62,000 nucleotides of DNA from positions 60,001 to 122,000 of the forward strand of contig NW_008806275.1 of the NCBI RefSeq assembly GCF_000400465.1. The letters run 5' to 3'. Position numbers and translations under genes: made by a program. Below the pieces are notes generated by a model. The model worked only from the letters and a program-made list of their open reading frames with translations, had not been told where the DNA came from and did not search any database. The stretch comes from Wallemia ichthyophaga EXF-994 (lineage: Eukaryota > Fungi > Basidiomycota). Shown here piece by piece: positions 39,015-50,463 of the stretch (the first letter of the stretch is position 1; every line of letters starts with the position of its first letter).

Positions 39015-39856
39015 ATGGTGTTATTCTTCGAGTCGAGTGGTGTGTACGCTGTGAAAGGTATAGAATTTCAATTTAACCCATTTACAGCTATACAGCCACA
39101 CATAGAAATATACATGGGCAAAGACAAGATCGAGAATGAGGAACTGATTAAACATGGATTCGACAACGATGTTTGGTTCCACGTCGATAAATTGAGCTCT
39201 GCTCACGTCTATATGCGCCTGAGGGATGATATGTCCTGGGATAACATACCCCATCCAGCACTGTACGACTGCTCACAGCTAGTAAAAGCAAATAGCATAC
39301 AGGGAAATAAGAAGGACAATGTTATCATTATTTATACACCTTGGTCTAATCTCAAGAAAACAGGCGATATGGAAGACGGGGCTGTTGCATTCCATAATGA
39401 CAGATTGGTAGGTGTTTAAAATGCTCATTGTGATTCAATAACACCCTCTTCAAAGGTTAAGAGAGGTTTGTGAGTTTTATACGCCAAATCACAGACTTAT
39501 ACCTCCACAAAATCTCAGTTCACGTACCTACCCGTGAAAATGCAATCGTTAACCGCATCAACAAGTCAAAGACAGAGCGTGAAGTCGATTTCATCGCTGA
39601 GAAGATTGAGCGTGAGAGGAAGCTTGGGCAGATGAAGAAGAAGGATGCGATAGTCAGGGTGAGTTGGGTGATTCTACGCGGTTTATTTCTAACGCCCACG
39701 CCACACCCACAGAAACAAGCCACTGATCAAGCAAAGAAGGAAATGCAGGATGAAAAAGCAGCTCGCAGCTACGACAAGATGTGGTCGGCGGAGGACGAAG
39801 AGGAAGCAGCAGCTACACAGCCACGTGGAATGGAAATGGAAGATGATTTCATGTAA
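39015..39856 (+). CDS. CCDC25: CCDC25/Jlp2 (NFACT-R, DUF814) protein, 4 exons
   Basis: IYMGKDKIENEELIK, WFHVDKLSSAHVY, QLVKANSIQGNK, YTPWSNLKKT and C-terminal EDDFM motifs. Confidence 0.92.
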
Positions 39857-39907
39857 TCGAATTTAAATTATTCATTTTATACACGATCCTCATCCTCACA
39901 AACAGTC

Positions 39908-40405
39908 ATGTTCTCAAGATTAGCTTTTAAGGGATTTAGCAGAGCTGCGAGCACAACTACAAGCAGAACATTCACACCAAGCACACTCTCACATCTCAAT
40001 CATATACGCTCACTCTCCACTCAATCACGCCAACTTATCGATAACGCCGTCAATGCACACCCTATTGTACTCTTCATGAAAGGGAAGCCTTCTGCACCTC
40101 TCTGTGGCTTCTCTAGGGCTGTCGTACAGATACTCGACGTTCAAGGCGCTGATCCTGAGAAGATTAGAGCTTACGACTGCCTTGAAGATGATCAACTACG
40201 TAATGGAATCAAGGAGTACTCTGATTGGCCAACTATCCCACAGGTCTATGTGAATGGTGATTTCGTTGGTGGCTGTGATATTCTTTTGTCTAGTAGGTGA
40301 ACGCGTGTGTATGCATCCCTTCTAACACACCGATCAGTGCATCAGAGTGGCGAATTGTCAGAATTGCTCAAGAACAAACAATTACTACTCCCTATCGCTG
40401 AGTAA
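39908..40405 (+). CDS. GRX5: Mitochondrial monothiol glutaredoxin, 2 exons
   Basis: Presequence, [17 protein letters not shown] and GGCDI motifs. The last exon is [11 protein letters not shown]. Confidence 0.95.
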
Positions 40406-40512
40406 AGTATTTAATATCAATTCATTCTCATATTCACATTCACACTTAAGACATGAAAAGAAATGAAAGTTTTATAGGGATGAAATTTTTATCTACTTTG
40501 ATTCACTTAAAC

Positions 40513-41479
40513 TCACTTTGGTGGGTTGTACACAAGCTTTCTTGTCTTGATAGGAGACCATTTGAGTCTCTTGACGTAGAGTGAGATGGCAGTCATGGCT
40601 GAGAGAATGATGACAGCTTGGAAGCCCATCTTCTTCCTATCGTCGTGTTCCGGCTCGCTAGCCCAGCTGAGGAAGGTGGCGACATCTTTAGCCATTTGTG
40701 TGGTAGTGCTAGGAGTGCCATCGTCGTATTCAACGAGACCATCAAACAAGACTCTACCCATAGCAATGCTACCACCAGGGAAGTAAGGGTTGAAGTTCAT
40801 ACCATCAGCCACAGCAATACCAGCAGGTGGATCCTGGTAACCAGTGAGAAGGGCCATAATGTAATCAGCACCACCGTGTCTGGCTTTAACAATGAGAGAG
40901 AGGTCAGGTGGGAGAGCACCACCATTAGCCGCTCTAGAAGCCTCCTCGTTTGGATATGGAGGTGGCATGTAATCAGCAAGTTTGCCCGGTCTCTGGAAAG
41001 GCTCGCCCTGGTCATTAGGACCGTCGGTATACTCCTGCTCCTCTGCCATAGCTCTGGCTTCATCTGAGGTGTGCGATACAGCGACGAGGTTTCTCCAGGC
41101 TATTCTGTCAAGAGAGTGGCAGGAAGCGCAGACTTCACGATAAACCTGGTAGCCTCGTCTAATGGCGTTGTGGTCGAAGCTATCCAACCAGCCGTTGTGG
41201 TTCCAAGGGAAGGCGGGTGCGTGGAGACCTTCCTCTAAACCACTAGCGAAGACTTGATCAATGAGACCGTACTGGTACGAGTAAACAGCAGCTGTGATAC
41301 CTGAGATTGAGGCTGCGATGGTTGCTGCTTTGTTTGAAGGATTCGCAGTATTCGATGATGCTGTTGATGCGTTGCGGGTCTGGAATGGCGTGTGAGAGGT
41401 GGCGAGAGGGACGCACAATCTGTGAACCCACAAACGCTTTCAAGGGTCCTTTCGCCGCTCTGTTAAATATCCCCAGCAT
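40513..41479 (-). CDS. CYT1: Cytochrome c1, 2 exons
   Basis: CASCH heme motif, RRGYQVY, PPDLSL, GSIAM and a C-terminal TM helix. The first exon is MLGIFNRAAKGPLKAF. Confidence 0.97.
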
Positions 41480-41913
41480 TTTTCTTCTTAGGCTGTGATG
41501 ACCGTCGGTTTACAACGTTGGATTGTCGTGTTGGGATGAGCCAAAAATTGAGAATGTATGGGTTTGTAGAGTGTATTCAGATTATATTGGGCTAAACAAT
41601 AATTATTTATTTTTACATTCTGATCGATTTGATTGGCTGAAATCGTTTGTGATTTTTATTCGTTCAGACTGTTTGAGAGATGGTTAGAATATTCTGCAGT
41701 ACAAGCAGATACAATAACTTATAACGTAGATGTCGGTGGATTTTGGTCTGTACCTGATAAATTTTAGCCTAGGTGGTCAGACTGTGAGGTGGATTTTGGG
41801 ATCTGCATGAGTAGAGTTGAATCAATCAAATTATCTGTTTTTTGTTTATTTATCTTAATTATTTCCTTCATCTCCATCGTCCATCATCACATCCGATATA
41901 CCCACAGATACCA

Positions 41914-43329
41914 ATGAACGCAATAAACGCAATAAGCGCGCTAATTGCTTTTGTTATTCTTCCACTGGCATTTCCATTCAGCTTCAACGTTACAAAAGTC
42001 GTCGAGTGCGGGTCATTCCAAATAAACTGGTCCGGCGCGGAACCACCAGTACGCTTTCTGGCAATTCCCAATGGAAGTCCACCCGATCAAGAAGAATCAG
42101 CCCACGTTATCGTGGCCCATGAAGTTGATGGTAATGTCGACGGCACCTACACTTACCCCAACTGGCCCATGGCTGCCGGCGTAAATTTCACGGTAACCAT
42201 GAGCGATGCACAGGGTTTCGGGACTGGTGGTACAAGCGACATTATAACCACAGATCAAGGCGTTGGCCCGTATTGCGAACAATCCGGTTATCTGCCATAC
42301 ACCTTCTCTATCGATCCGTCGACCAACTGGACTACTTGTGAAACTATAACTCTGCGCACCCTCCACAAGAATTCTTCCACACCATACGATTACTACGCTC
42401 TTTCCCCCAATACTACCCCCATTCGTATACAGCACATCACGCAAGACGATTCCGGCACCTTTAATTACACTTTCACCCAGCCCCCGGGTACCAAGGTCGT
42501 TTTTTTTACAGGCAGTGAACAAGGCGGTCTGCAGTACAATACTGGGGGCAGCTCCTCGATACAGACCATCGGCGAGGGCAGTGACACGGGGTGCGTCGAG
42601 CAGCTCCAGCCAAGTCCCACCGACACTTCCAACCCAGAGAGCACAAGCGGAAATGGGAGTGGGACTGATGGTGGTGACAACGGTACCGACAACACCCATA
42701 ATGATAAGGACAGTAACGGACTCAGTGCCGGTGCAAAAGCTGGTGTGGCAGTAGGAAGCATTATAGGCGCAGGTGCTCTCATAGCGGCCATAGTAGCATT
42801 CATGCTTCTCAAGAAGCGCAACCGGGAGGAGCAGCACGAGCATGCGCAGAAGGTAACTCACGGTCACAATTACAATGAGGATCTCGATGATGGATTAGAG
42901 GGGTCATATACACCATATCTCATGACAGGTGTGGGTGCTGGAGTGGGTGCTGGTACAGACAGTCAGGGTGCTGGTCACTCGCATAGACAATCTGATAGCA
43001 GGTATTCATTTATACCCACTGAAGCACCACATATGGCTGCCTCAGATAGTGGCTATAGCTTTGGCGGTGCTCCTCCTTCGCCTTCTAGCGGCGCTCTACT
43101 ACTCAACGGCTCTCCTGCTCTCTCTCCTGCTCCTGCTTTTGGTCTCTCTCAGGATAGCAAAAGCAAGCTCGTCGCTAGCTCGACTCAGCAGAAAGATCCC
43201 CCGCGCTATCACTTCGACGCTGGCCCATACGTCGTCAATCATAATCACACGGACGATAGCGACGATGACGCCCTGGTGGATGTGCCCCCAGCATACGACT
43301 TTAGCCCCGATTTTCGCCGCAATGGATGA
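41914..43329 (+). CDS. Type I single-pass membrane protein (signal peptide, beta-rich ectodomain, S/T linker, TM, disordered tail)
   Basis: Signal peptide MNAINAISALIAFVILPLAFP, TM AGVAVGSIIGAGALIAAIVAFMLL followed by KKR, and a tail ending DAG...DVPPAY. Confidence 0.8.
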   Translation: MNAINAISALIAFVILPLAFPFSFNVTKVVECGSFQINWSGAEPPVRFLAIPNGSPPDQEESAHVIVAHEVDGNVDGTYTYPNWPMAAGVNFTVTMSDAQGFGTGGTSDIITTDQGVGPYCEQSGYLPYTFSIDPSTNWTTCETITLRTLHKNSSTPYDYYALSPNTTPIRIQHITQDDSGTFNYTFTQPPGTKVVFFTGSEQGGLQYNTGGSSSIQTIGEGSDTGCVEQLQPSPTDTSNPESTSGNGSGTDGGDNGTDNTHNDKDSNGLSAGAKAGVAVGSIIGAGALIAAIVAFMLLKKRNREEQHEHAQKVTHGHNYNEDLDDGLEGSYTPYLMTGVGAGVGAGTDSQGAGHSHRQSDSRYSFIPTEAPHMAASDSGYSFGGAPPSPSSGALLLNGSPALSPAPAFGLSQDSKSKLVASSTQQKDPPRYHFDAGPYVVNHNHTDDSDDDALVDVPPAYDFSPDFRRNG

Positions 43330-43652
43330 GTGGAGATGGAGATGTAAAGGAAGAATAACTTGGAAAAGGTGAAGATTTTCCTATAAACGCTTTGCATCGC
43401 TATGCAATTCAAAGCATGATGCACATCATACAACACAACAACACGCTTAATAGATCTCTTATTACAACTCTTTAATGTTTCAAATGAATTCAAAGCACGT
43501 AGAGCACGTAACAGTGGGAATAACACAGACAATAATGCATACTATGATTACTGATGAGCGTGGTGAGGGTGCTGGATGTGCTGGTGTGATGAAAAAATTC
43601 CCAAGACGTGGACCTCTGTTTGTCACGTTGACCCCAACCATCGTCATCGGAC

Positions 43653-44819
43653 ATGGCGACAGCAATTGACCAAGTACGCGAGAGTGCACAGCGAGTAGTG
43701 GAAAGCGGTGCGATAAAAGTGTGTACATATTGTTATACGCGTGGCTCCTCCTCAGACTCACAGATTTCAGACGAAGCAATATCGACGCTGCTGACGGCAA
43801 TAAATCCTAGCACGTTTACCAAGCTTTCAAATAACCACGGCTACAATCTACCACTCAAGTACTCATCTATTGAGGAAGAATTGTGTATCGTTGGTCTGCT
43901 CACCGCCCTCAATTATGGCAGTGGATATCGATCAATTCTGCACAAACACACTAAAATGGGTGCATTTGATAATATTAAAAGGTTTATTCTCGCTCTCTTC
44001 CTCTCGAAAGACAGCGGTTTCCTCACTGCCGATGGCCTGGCAAACTTCACGCTTGACCACACAATTGAGCTGATGAATATAAATCCATTCAACGAGCACC
44101 CGCATCCTACACTCCCAGGTGTCGTAGTAGGCGAGAAGGATGAAATGGCGTTCGAGTTTATAACGCTGGTAATGAGCACACTTAACGAGATAGGCAGCAC
44201 CCTCCAACAGCTAGGTGTTGATTGTTTCGGCAGCTATCTCAAACATACCTTCTCCAAAGCGAACGATGCCAACGATGTAGTCATGGAGCTCGTCACTCGT
44301 TTCGACTGCTTCCGGGATGAATATGTTGTTAGTATCGACGATAAGCCCATCACCGTGAAGCTGTACAAAAAGGCCTTGCTTATGGTAGAGGTAGTTAATA
44401 CAGTACTCAAGAAACACTCGCTCACTCCCGCAACCGCCAAATTGCCCATTTTCGCTGATAACGTTATACCCTCAATGCTGCTGCATTGGAATGTGATTGA
44501 GATTCCCGAAAATAGCGAGATATTTGGTGCAGAAGTTAGACACGCTTTCAGTCACACAACTGAGAAATACGAGGAGATGGTCGATGGATTGCGCGAAGAG
44601 CAGAAGAAAGATTTACTTGGCGAGAAAGTTGCTGGTCCTGCTCTAACCCCCCTTCAAGCGTGCATTCTGCGTTCATCCGCCGTAGAAGCTATAAGAAGAA
44701 TGTCTGTGCGTAGTACGGCCACTGAGGTCGAATATGACGGCTTTATTTGGTCTGTCAGTAAGCAAGGCCAATATAGGTCTTTAGTCCGTTTCTCAGAAAT
44801 ACGAACAGTGTATTATTAG
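43653..44819 (+). CDS. Divergent DUF2419/QNG1-like (queuosine salvage family) protein, 2 exons
   Basis: ALNYGSGYR, LYKKAL and LPIFADNVIP motifs and LRSSAVEA resemble DUF2419 (LNF, YKRAQ, FADY, IR..S). A 45-nt in-frame intron lies at 43719-43763. Confidence 0.7.
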   Translation: MATAIDQVRESAQRVVESGAIKVCTYCYTRGSSSDSQISDEAISTLLTAINPSTFTKLSNNHGYNLPLKYSSIEEELCIVGLLTALNYGSGYRSILHKHTKMGAFDNIKRFILALFLSKDSGFLTADGLANFTLDHTIELMNINPFNEHPHPTLPGVVVGEKDEMAFEFITLVMSTLNEIGSTLQQLGVDCFGSYLKHTFSKANDANDVVMELVTRFDCFRDEYVVSIDDKPITVKLYKKALLMVEVVNTVLKKHSLTPATAKLPIFADNVIPSMLLHWNVIEIPENSEIFGAEVRHAFSHTTEKYEEMVDGLREEQKKDLLGEKVAGPALTPLQACILRSSAVEAIRRMSVRSTATEVEYDGFIWSVSKQGQYRSLVRFSEIRTVYY

Positions 44820-44937
44820 ACTTTTTATTATATTATAATTATAATCATATTACAAGAAATCCAGAGTGATCAATCGCGTGAATAATCATCGCATTGGTAT
44901 GTTCTATTATGTACTTGTCGTTAATGTAACTGTATAA

Positions 44938-45386
44938 TCAGGGCGACACTGACTGCGATTTTTCATAGTTACGCAATGCCTGTCGCTTATTCTGATACCA
45001 GATCCTGACACTGTTCGGCGACATGCCGAGCTCGATAGCCAGACACTGTCTCTCTTCGTTAGAGGGAAATGGGTTCATATCGTAACACTGCTGCAGTCGT
45101 TCAAGCTGGGAGGGGTTTGCTCTTTTTCGCTTCGCTTTGATGGGCTGATTGGGTGTGGTTGGTGTGGTTGGTGTGTTGGGTGATGCAGGTGTGCAGCTCG
45201 CGTAGGCGTATGCAGATGCAGATGCAGATAAAGATGCATTGCTACTACCACTGCTGTCTTCGCGCGCTGCAGATGCGTTAGTTGCTCTGCTACACCTACT
45301 CAACTTGACCCAAACTCACAATGCGAGTTGAATGGCTTGGGTAGCTTGATGACGTTGTTGTCTGGTCTGCTGAACGGAAGTCTCAT
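44938..45386 (-). CDS. Small homeodomain transcription factor, 2 exons
   Basis: KAKRKRANPSQLERL...FPSNEERQCLAIELGMSPNSVRIWYQNKRQ. The upstream exon MRLPFSRPDNNVIKLPKPFNSH joins via a GTGAGT...CTAAC...CAG intron. Confidence 0.85.
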
Positions 45387-46099
45387 CGATGCGTTCGAGA
45401 TTGTATTTGTGTTTGCGTGTGCTTATGCGTATGCTGTCTTGAATATGTCTGACTTTGTTTTAGCTTACTCTGACTCCTGCCGTTCTTTAGTCGTCTACTG
45501 CCTTCTACTTTTTGTCCTGAATCGGCTGGGTGGTGCGAGGTATGCCAAGTTGCAAGTAATTTAAGCGAAAAGTGTGCGCAACGGACGCAGACGCAGATGG
45601 AAGATAAGTACCATGCGTCAAGGATGACCCTATTCGTCAATATTTCATGAATAAAGGGGTCTAGGAACACCCGCGTTGTAACGCTTCCGCTTTTGGAGGC
45701 ACCCCATTATTTTCTTGCGTCTGTTGGCCTCGTGATGAGTTTGATGGGTTGTTACCAGCTCGGAGAATGCACTAGTAGTTTTTTAAACCTTGCGCAATCA
45801 CTAATTACCCTCTACTTCCCCTTTAAACATTCCTAAGCCGACCGGTACCTATTGAATATGGCGTCATACATCATACTTCCGCGATCCGATCACTCGTCTG
45901 CGCCAACTTTATTTGGCCATTAGTGCATTCTCGGTGCGTCTGTGTCTCCATCTCCACGAATTCGGTTATCCGCTTATCCGCTTATCAGTTAATTAAATAG
46001 TTGAGAAATATGCCCATTGATTGAGCTATTCTCGTGCACACAAGGTACAACCGTCATTGGACATTCGCTCTCATACGCTTATTAATATACAACATATAG

Positions 46100-46990
46100 T
46101 TCGGCTGAGGCTTTAAAATCAAATCACCCACGCTGTTGCCCGTACTTGTAGTCTAGACGTGTGATTAGTGTGATTAGTGTGATGTTAGCAGGGAATTGGC
46201 ATATTTAGGGGAAAGGAGATTATTGAGGGGTAAATTACCCGTTGATTACCAAAAGCTCCTCAATGATTTCTGTGTCATTGTAGACTCTATCTGCTCTGCA
46301 TGCTTCAGCGTATCGGATCAGCTATATCTAACACCCACACTAGCACTCACGCTCGATGGTCGATTGGGAGGGATGCGCGGTGAGTGTGCAAGAACACAGA
46401 CGAGTCTCCCAGCGCATATAGCAATGTCTATATATACTCGCATCCAGTGTGTTTCTTCTCTTCCGCCTCTTATAACACTCCGCCTCCTCAGATATTCTCT
46501 GGAGTGCGGTGATGATCAGGAACTGTGAGCCTGGTATACGTCCGCGCATCAACTTCTCGTCACTGTTATCCTTGTCGTCGAGATTGAGCATCGCAAGTAC
46601 GGCTGGTGAACTGTTTCTGATGTTGTACACCGGCGGCGGATTGTATGTACTACTGAAATAACCTCGTAGTACGGTTATATTCATCTTCCCTTTCAACCTC
46701 CGATACTTCTCGCTTAACTGCTTTATCCTAAAACGATACGCCATCCGTGTGTCTTCACTCATCCAACCCATCCCTTTTCCTTTGCTTTTGATAACAGCTT
46801 GTCACTAGAAGCTACCTTCACCGATTTTATACCCGCTCATCCCCCTTTAGAAAATTACATCAAAATCTATACGCCACTTTCCCTCTTCATCAATAAAGCC
46901 GTCAATTTCCTAATCCATCCGACATTAAACACACTCTGAGACAATCTAAATATATATATTTAAGAGATAACAGATACATAGAATTTTGTC
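46100..46990 (-). CDS. Hypothetical multi-exon orphan gene (boundaries approximate)
   Basis: 143-aa ORF plus flanking protein-like segments and intron signals (GTAATT...GCTAAC...CTAG near 46230-46155). I could not resolve one consistent frame. Confidence 0.3.
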
Positions 46991-47130
46991 ATGATAGCGG
47001 TCAAAAGGATTCTCAAGTTGTTTGGGAGGGTGCTTCGTTCATCTGTATGCAGTTGCGTTAAGTGTTTTTAATATTTTCATCTTTCTATCTTCTCATCTTT
47101 TCACTATCCGATGATCCCTTTACTAGCACT

Positions 47131-48473
47131 CTACTGAGCTCTCTCTATCAGCTTGTTGAATTCTGGCGATTGACCTGGTTCGCCTGCTTCAATTGAGGCG
47201 TGATACACACGTAGTATATTGTCGACGTCATCCATAGACATCTGCGACTTGACATCAGCCAGCTGCTTGATCTTTTGTGTGGCATCTTTGACTTGCTCGT
47301 CTGATAATGGAAGGTTTAGTTGATCGACACGCGACTTGACAGCGTTCCATCCGGTCAATCTGTGTCCAATCGACACATACCTCGTCATACCGAAATCTTC
47401 AGGCTTGAGGATTTCATAAGTGGTTGGGTTGTTGAGAATTGCCTTTGCGTGAATACCAGCTTTGTGGGTGAAGGCTGAGAAACCGGTGATGTAGTTGTTG
47501 AATGGAATGTTAACCTCGACTTCCTTTGCTACCAAATTCTCAATTTCACGCAAGGCTGGGAGGTTGTATTTTGCCTTGACGTACTCAGGGTCAGAAGCAT
47601 ACATTCTAGCCATCAGACCACCGAGCGGAGTGATACCGTTACGCTCACCAATACCGAGAACGGAAGTGTCAATGTGAGTTGCACCTGCTTCCAAAGCAGC
47701 ATATGCGTTGGCAATAGCGCAACCGGTGTCATTGTGGAAGTGAGTCTCGATATCGCAGCTGACGACACCTCTCAAAGTTCTCACCAAGTCGTAAACTTGA
47801 CGTGGGGAAGCGCAACCGACAGTATCAGCAACACCAACTCTGTTAACACCGATTCTGTCAACAGTTCTGTAAATGGACAAGAGGTCAACAATGTCCGATC
47901 TGAACGAATCTTCGGATGAGAATCTAATCTCAATGCCCTTTGACTTTACGAACTCGATAACCTCAATGGCAGATTTAGTGATGTATGACATGTCCTTTCC
48001 GTGAGAGAATTCCCTTAAAAAGGATGAAGTACCAATGACAACATCGACACCATCAACACCCGTTTCAACGGCGACTCTAGCGTCATCCATGTGACATCTT
48101 ATGTGAGTCAGGATTTTGCATTTCAATCCCAGGTTGCAGATAGCCTCACAATCCTTTCTGGATTGCTCGGAAGCCGTTGGAGAGGTGAGCTCGATGTAGT
48201 CGACACCGAACGCATCCAAAGCCTTGGCGATCTTAATCTTAGTTTCAGTGTCGAAGAAGGCATTTGCAAATTGTTCACCCTCTAAAAACCAGCCAATCAG
48301 AATGAAGAAGATAATTTATCAGCGATCAACTCACCTCTTAAAGTGGATTCAATGATCTGGAAGTTGGAAACGTTACTTAAGAAGCTGTCTACGCCTGCGT
48401 AAGGGTTGTTGACGTTCTTCTTTGTCAAGTTGGTTTGGTTCTCCACGGCTTGAAATTCTGATTTATCGGTCAT
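47131..48473 (-). CDS. LYS20: Homocitrate synthase (alpha-aminoadipate lysine pathway), 2 exons
   Basis: IIESTLR|[30 protein letters not shown] and [11 protein letters not shown] motifs. Confidence 0.97.
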
Positions 48474-48533
48474 GATGATTGCGGCTTTCCAAGAAGCCAG
48501 AAGTCCAAAATTTTTCTTTTGTTTCTAAATTTG

Positions 48534-48540
48534 TGACTCA
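48534..48540. promoter_or_regulatory. TGACTCA AP-1/Gcn4(CpcA)-type site in the LYS20-SelO bidirectional spacer
   Basis: Perfect TGACTCA 60 bp upstream of the homocitrate synthase ATG. Confidence 0.6.
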
Positions 48541-48611
48541 GCCTATGTACAAGGCGCTGATTGTGCTTTTCACGTATACAAGCTTCCCGCAACCGTCTTC
48601 CTCGTTGCGTT

Positions 48612-50413
48612 ATGGCAATCACCGCACGAGAACTGCTACCGCACAATACATTCAAAGGATTCAAGAGACTGCTTGTACCCTTTGGATATAACTACAAGGA
48701 AACCACTGGGCAATCGGATGCACTCGATTCAGCCACCAAGCACCCTTACAACGTCATCAAAACTTCAAAACTCGCACACAGCCAGCATCTACCCAGCTTC
48801 GATTTAGATTATGATTTGCTATCCGGCAACAAAATCATCAAGAACGAAAACTTCCACCCTTACTCTCTCGCATACGCTGGGTGAGTTGGTGTTTACTCAT
48901 CTGACGTCATAGCTCACTTTGGACTAGCCACCAATTTGGGTTCTTCGCCGGACAGCTTGGTGATGGCCGGGCGATTACCGTACTCGATACTGTCGACAAG
49001 TACGGTCCTGTACAGCTACAGCTCAAAGGCGCTGGCTTGACCCCTTTTTCTCGATTCGGGGATGGTTATGCCGTGCTGCGCTCATCCGTGCGCGAATTCC
49101 TCGCTTCTGAGTACATGGCTGTTTTGGACATACCCACGACTAGAGCACTCTCGCTGATTTCACTCCCTCAGCTCGAAGTACAGAGGGAGACTGTGGAGAC
49201 GGGTGCGATTGTATCCCGCTTAGCTCCATCGTGGCTGAGAATTGGCTCCTTTCAGCTCCTTAACCCCCCTCAATCCTCATACTTTGGTCTGAAACGCGAC
49301 TGGGAAATCATGTCTCACCTCACTCATCACGTCGAAAATGATCTCTTTGGGAATAAGTTGGATTTCAAAGGCGTGATACTTGAAGTGGCAATGAGGAATG
49401 CTGTAACAGTCGCTAAATGGCAAGCAGTCGGTTTCTGTCACGGTGTTCTCAACTCTGATAACATATCATTGCTCGGACTGACACTTGACTACGGTCCATA
49501 TGCGTTCATGGATATATACAACTCAGCACATATCTGTAATCACACGGACCAGGCTGGCTTCTACAGTTTCAAGATGCAGCCAAGTCGCGTGCTCTGGGAT
49601 GTGCAGCAGCTCCTCAACAGCACTGCTGAGGTCGTCGGTGCGGAAGAGGAGGGTGTAGCGATAACTCCTACGTTTGCATTAGACAGTGAGGGCAAAGAGA
49701 GTTTCGACAATCTGTTCAGATGGCGCAAGAAGGGTCTTGAATTGAGTGACGAGATCGACGACGTGTTCAAAGAGACATTCCAAAGTGCATACTTACACGA
49801 AATGGGACTCAAGTTGGGTATCAAGGATCTGACCCACGCTGAACATCTAGATCTTGTCAACGTTTTCCTCACCATGATGCAGGACCAAGAGGTTGATTAT
49901 AGCGCTACATTCCGCGCGCTTTCTAGCAGCGCCGATGAAAATGTTGTGGCTGATAGGATTCTTGCTTTCAAGCCCGTTACATCCTTCCTGCAAGACAGCG
50001 CAAAGGATACTTGGTTAGGCTGGCTCAAAACATATTTCCAGAGGGTTGAGACAGATATTGAGAATGGTAAGTGGGGTGACAAGGAACACGCTCACGAGGC
50101 GCGCCTGCATAGTATGCGCTCTCATAACCCACGGTTCGTGCTTAGACAGTGGGTGCTAGAAGAGTCTATTGCCAAGTTACAAGCTGGCGACCAAAGTACT
50201 TTCGACAGAGTATTCGAGGTGAGTGTTTGTGCACACCAAATAACTCCAAATTTCACTCACACACGCAATACACAGATGTCACTGAAACCATTCGAAGCTT
50301 TCAGTGAAAACACGCGCGATGAACAGCTAACTGAGGAGCAGCTCGATGAGAAGCGTCTGTGTGGATTGGGTGACGAGTCTCTCCTAGGCTATCAATGCAG
50401 CTGTAGTTCTTAA
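48612..50413 (+). CDS. FMP40: SelO/YdiU/Fmp40 pseudokinase AMPylase, 3 exons
   Basis: YAG|HQFG, GQLGDGRA, QLKGAGLTPFSR, DGYAVLRSSVRE, HGVLNSDN and LDYGPY motifs, with C-terminal CSCSS. Confidence 0.95.
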
Positions 50414-50463
50414 TTTACTTTATGATAAGATATTGTACAATTATAATCATCTAATGCCATGAA

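Noticed and set aside
46870-46905. GFIDEEG resembling a LAGLIDADG motif
   Set aside because: It is a single short match with no supporting endonuclease domain or mobile-intron context.
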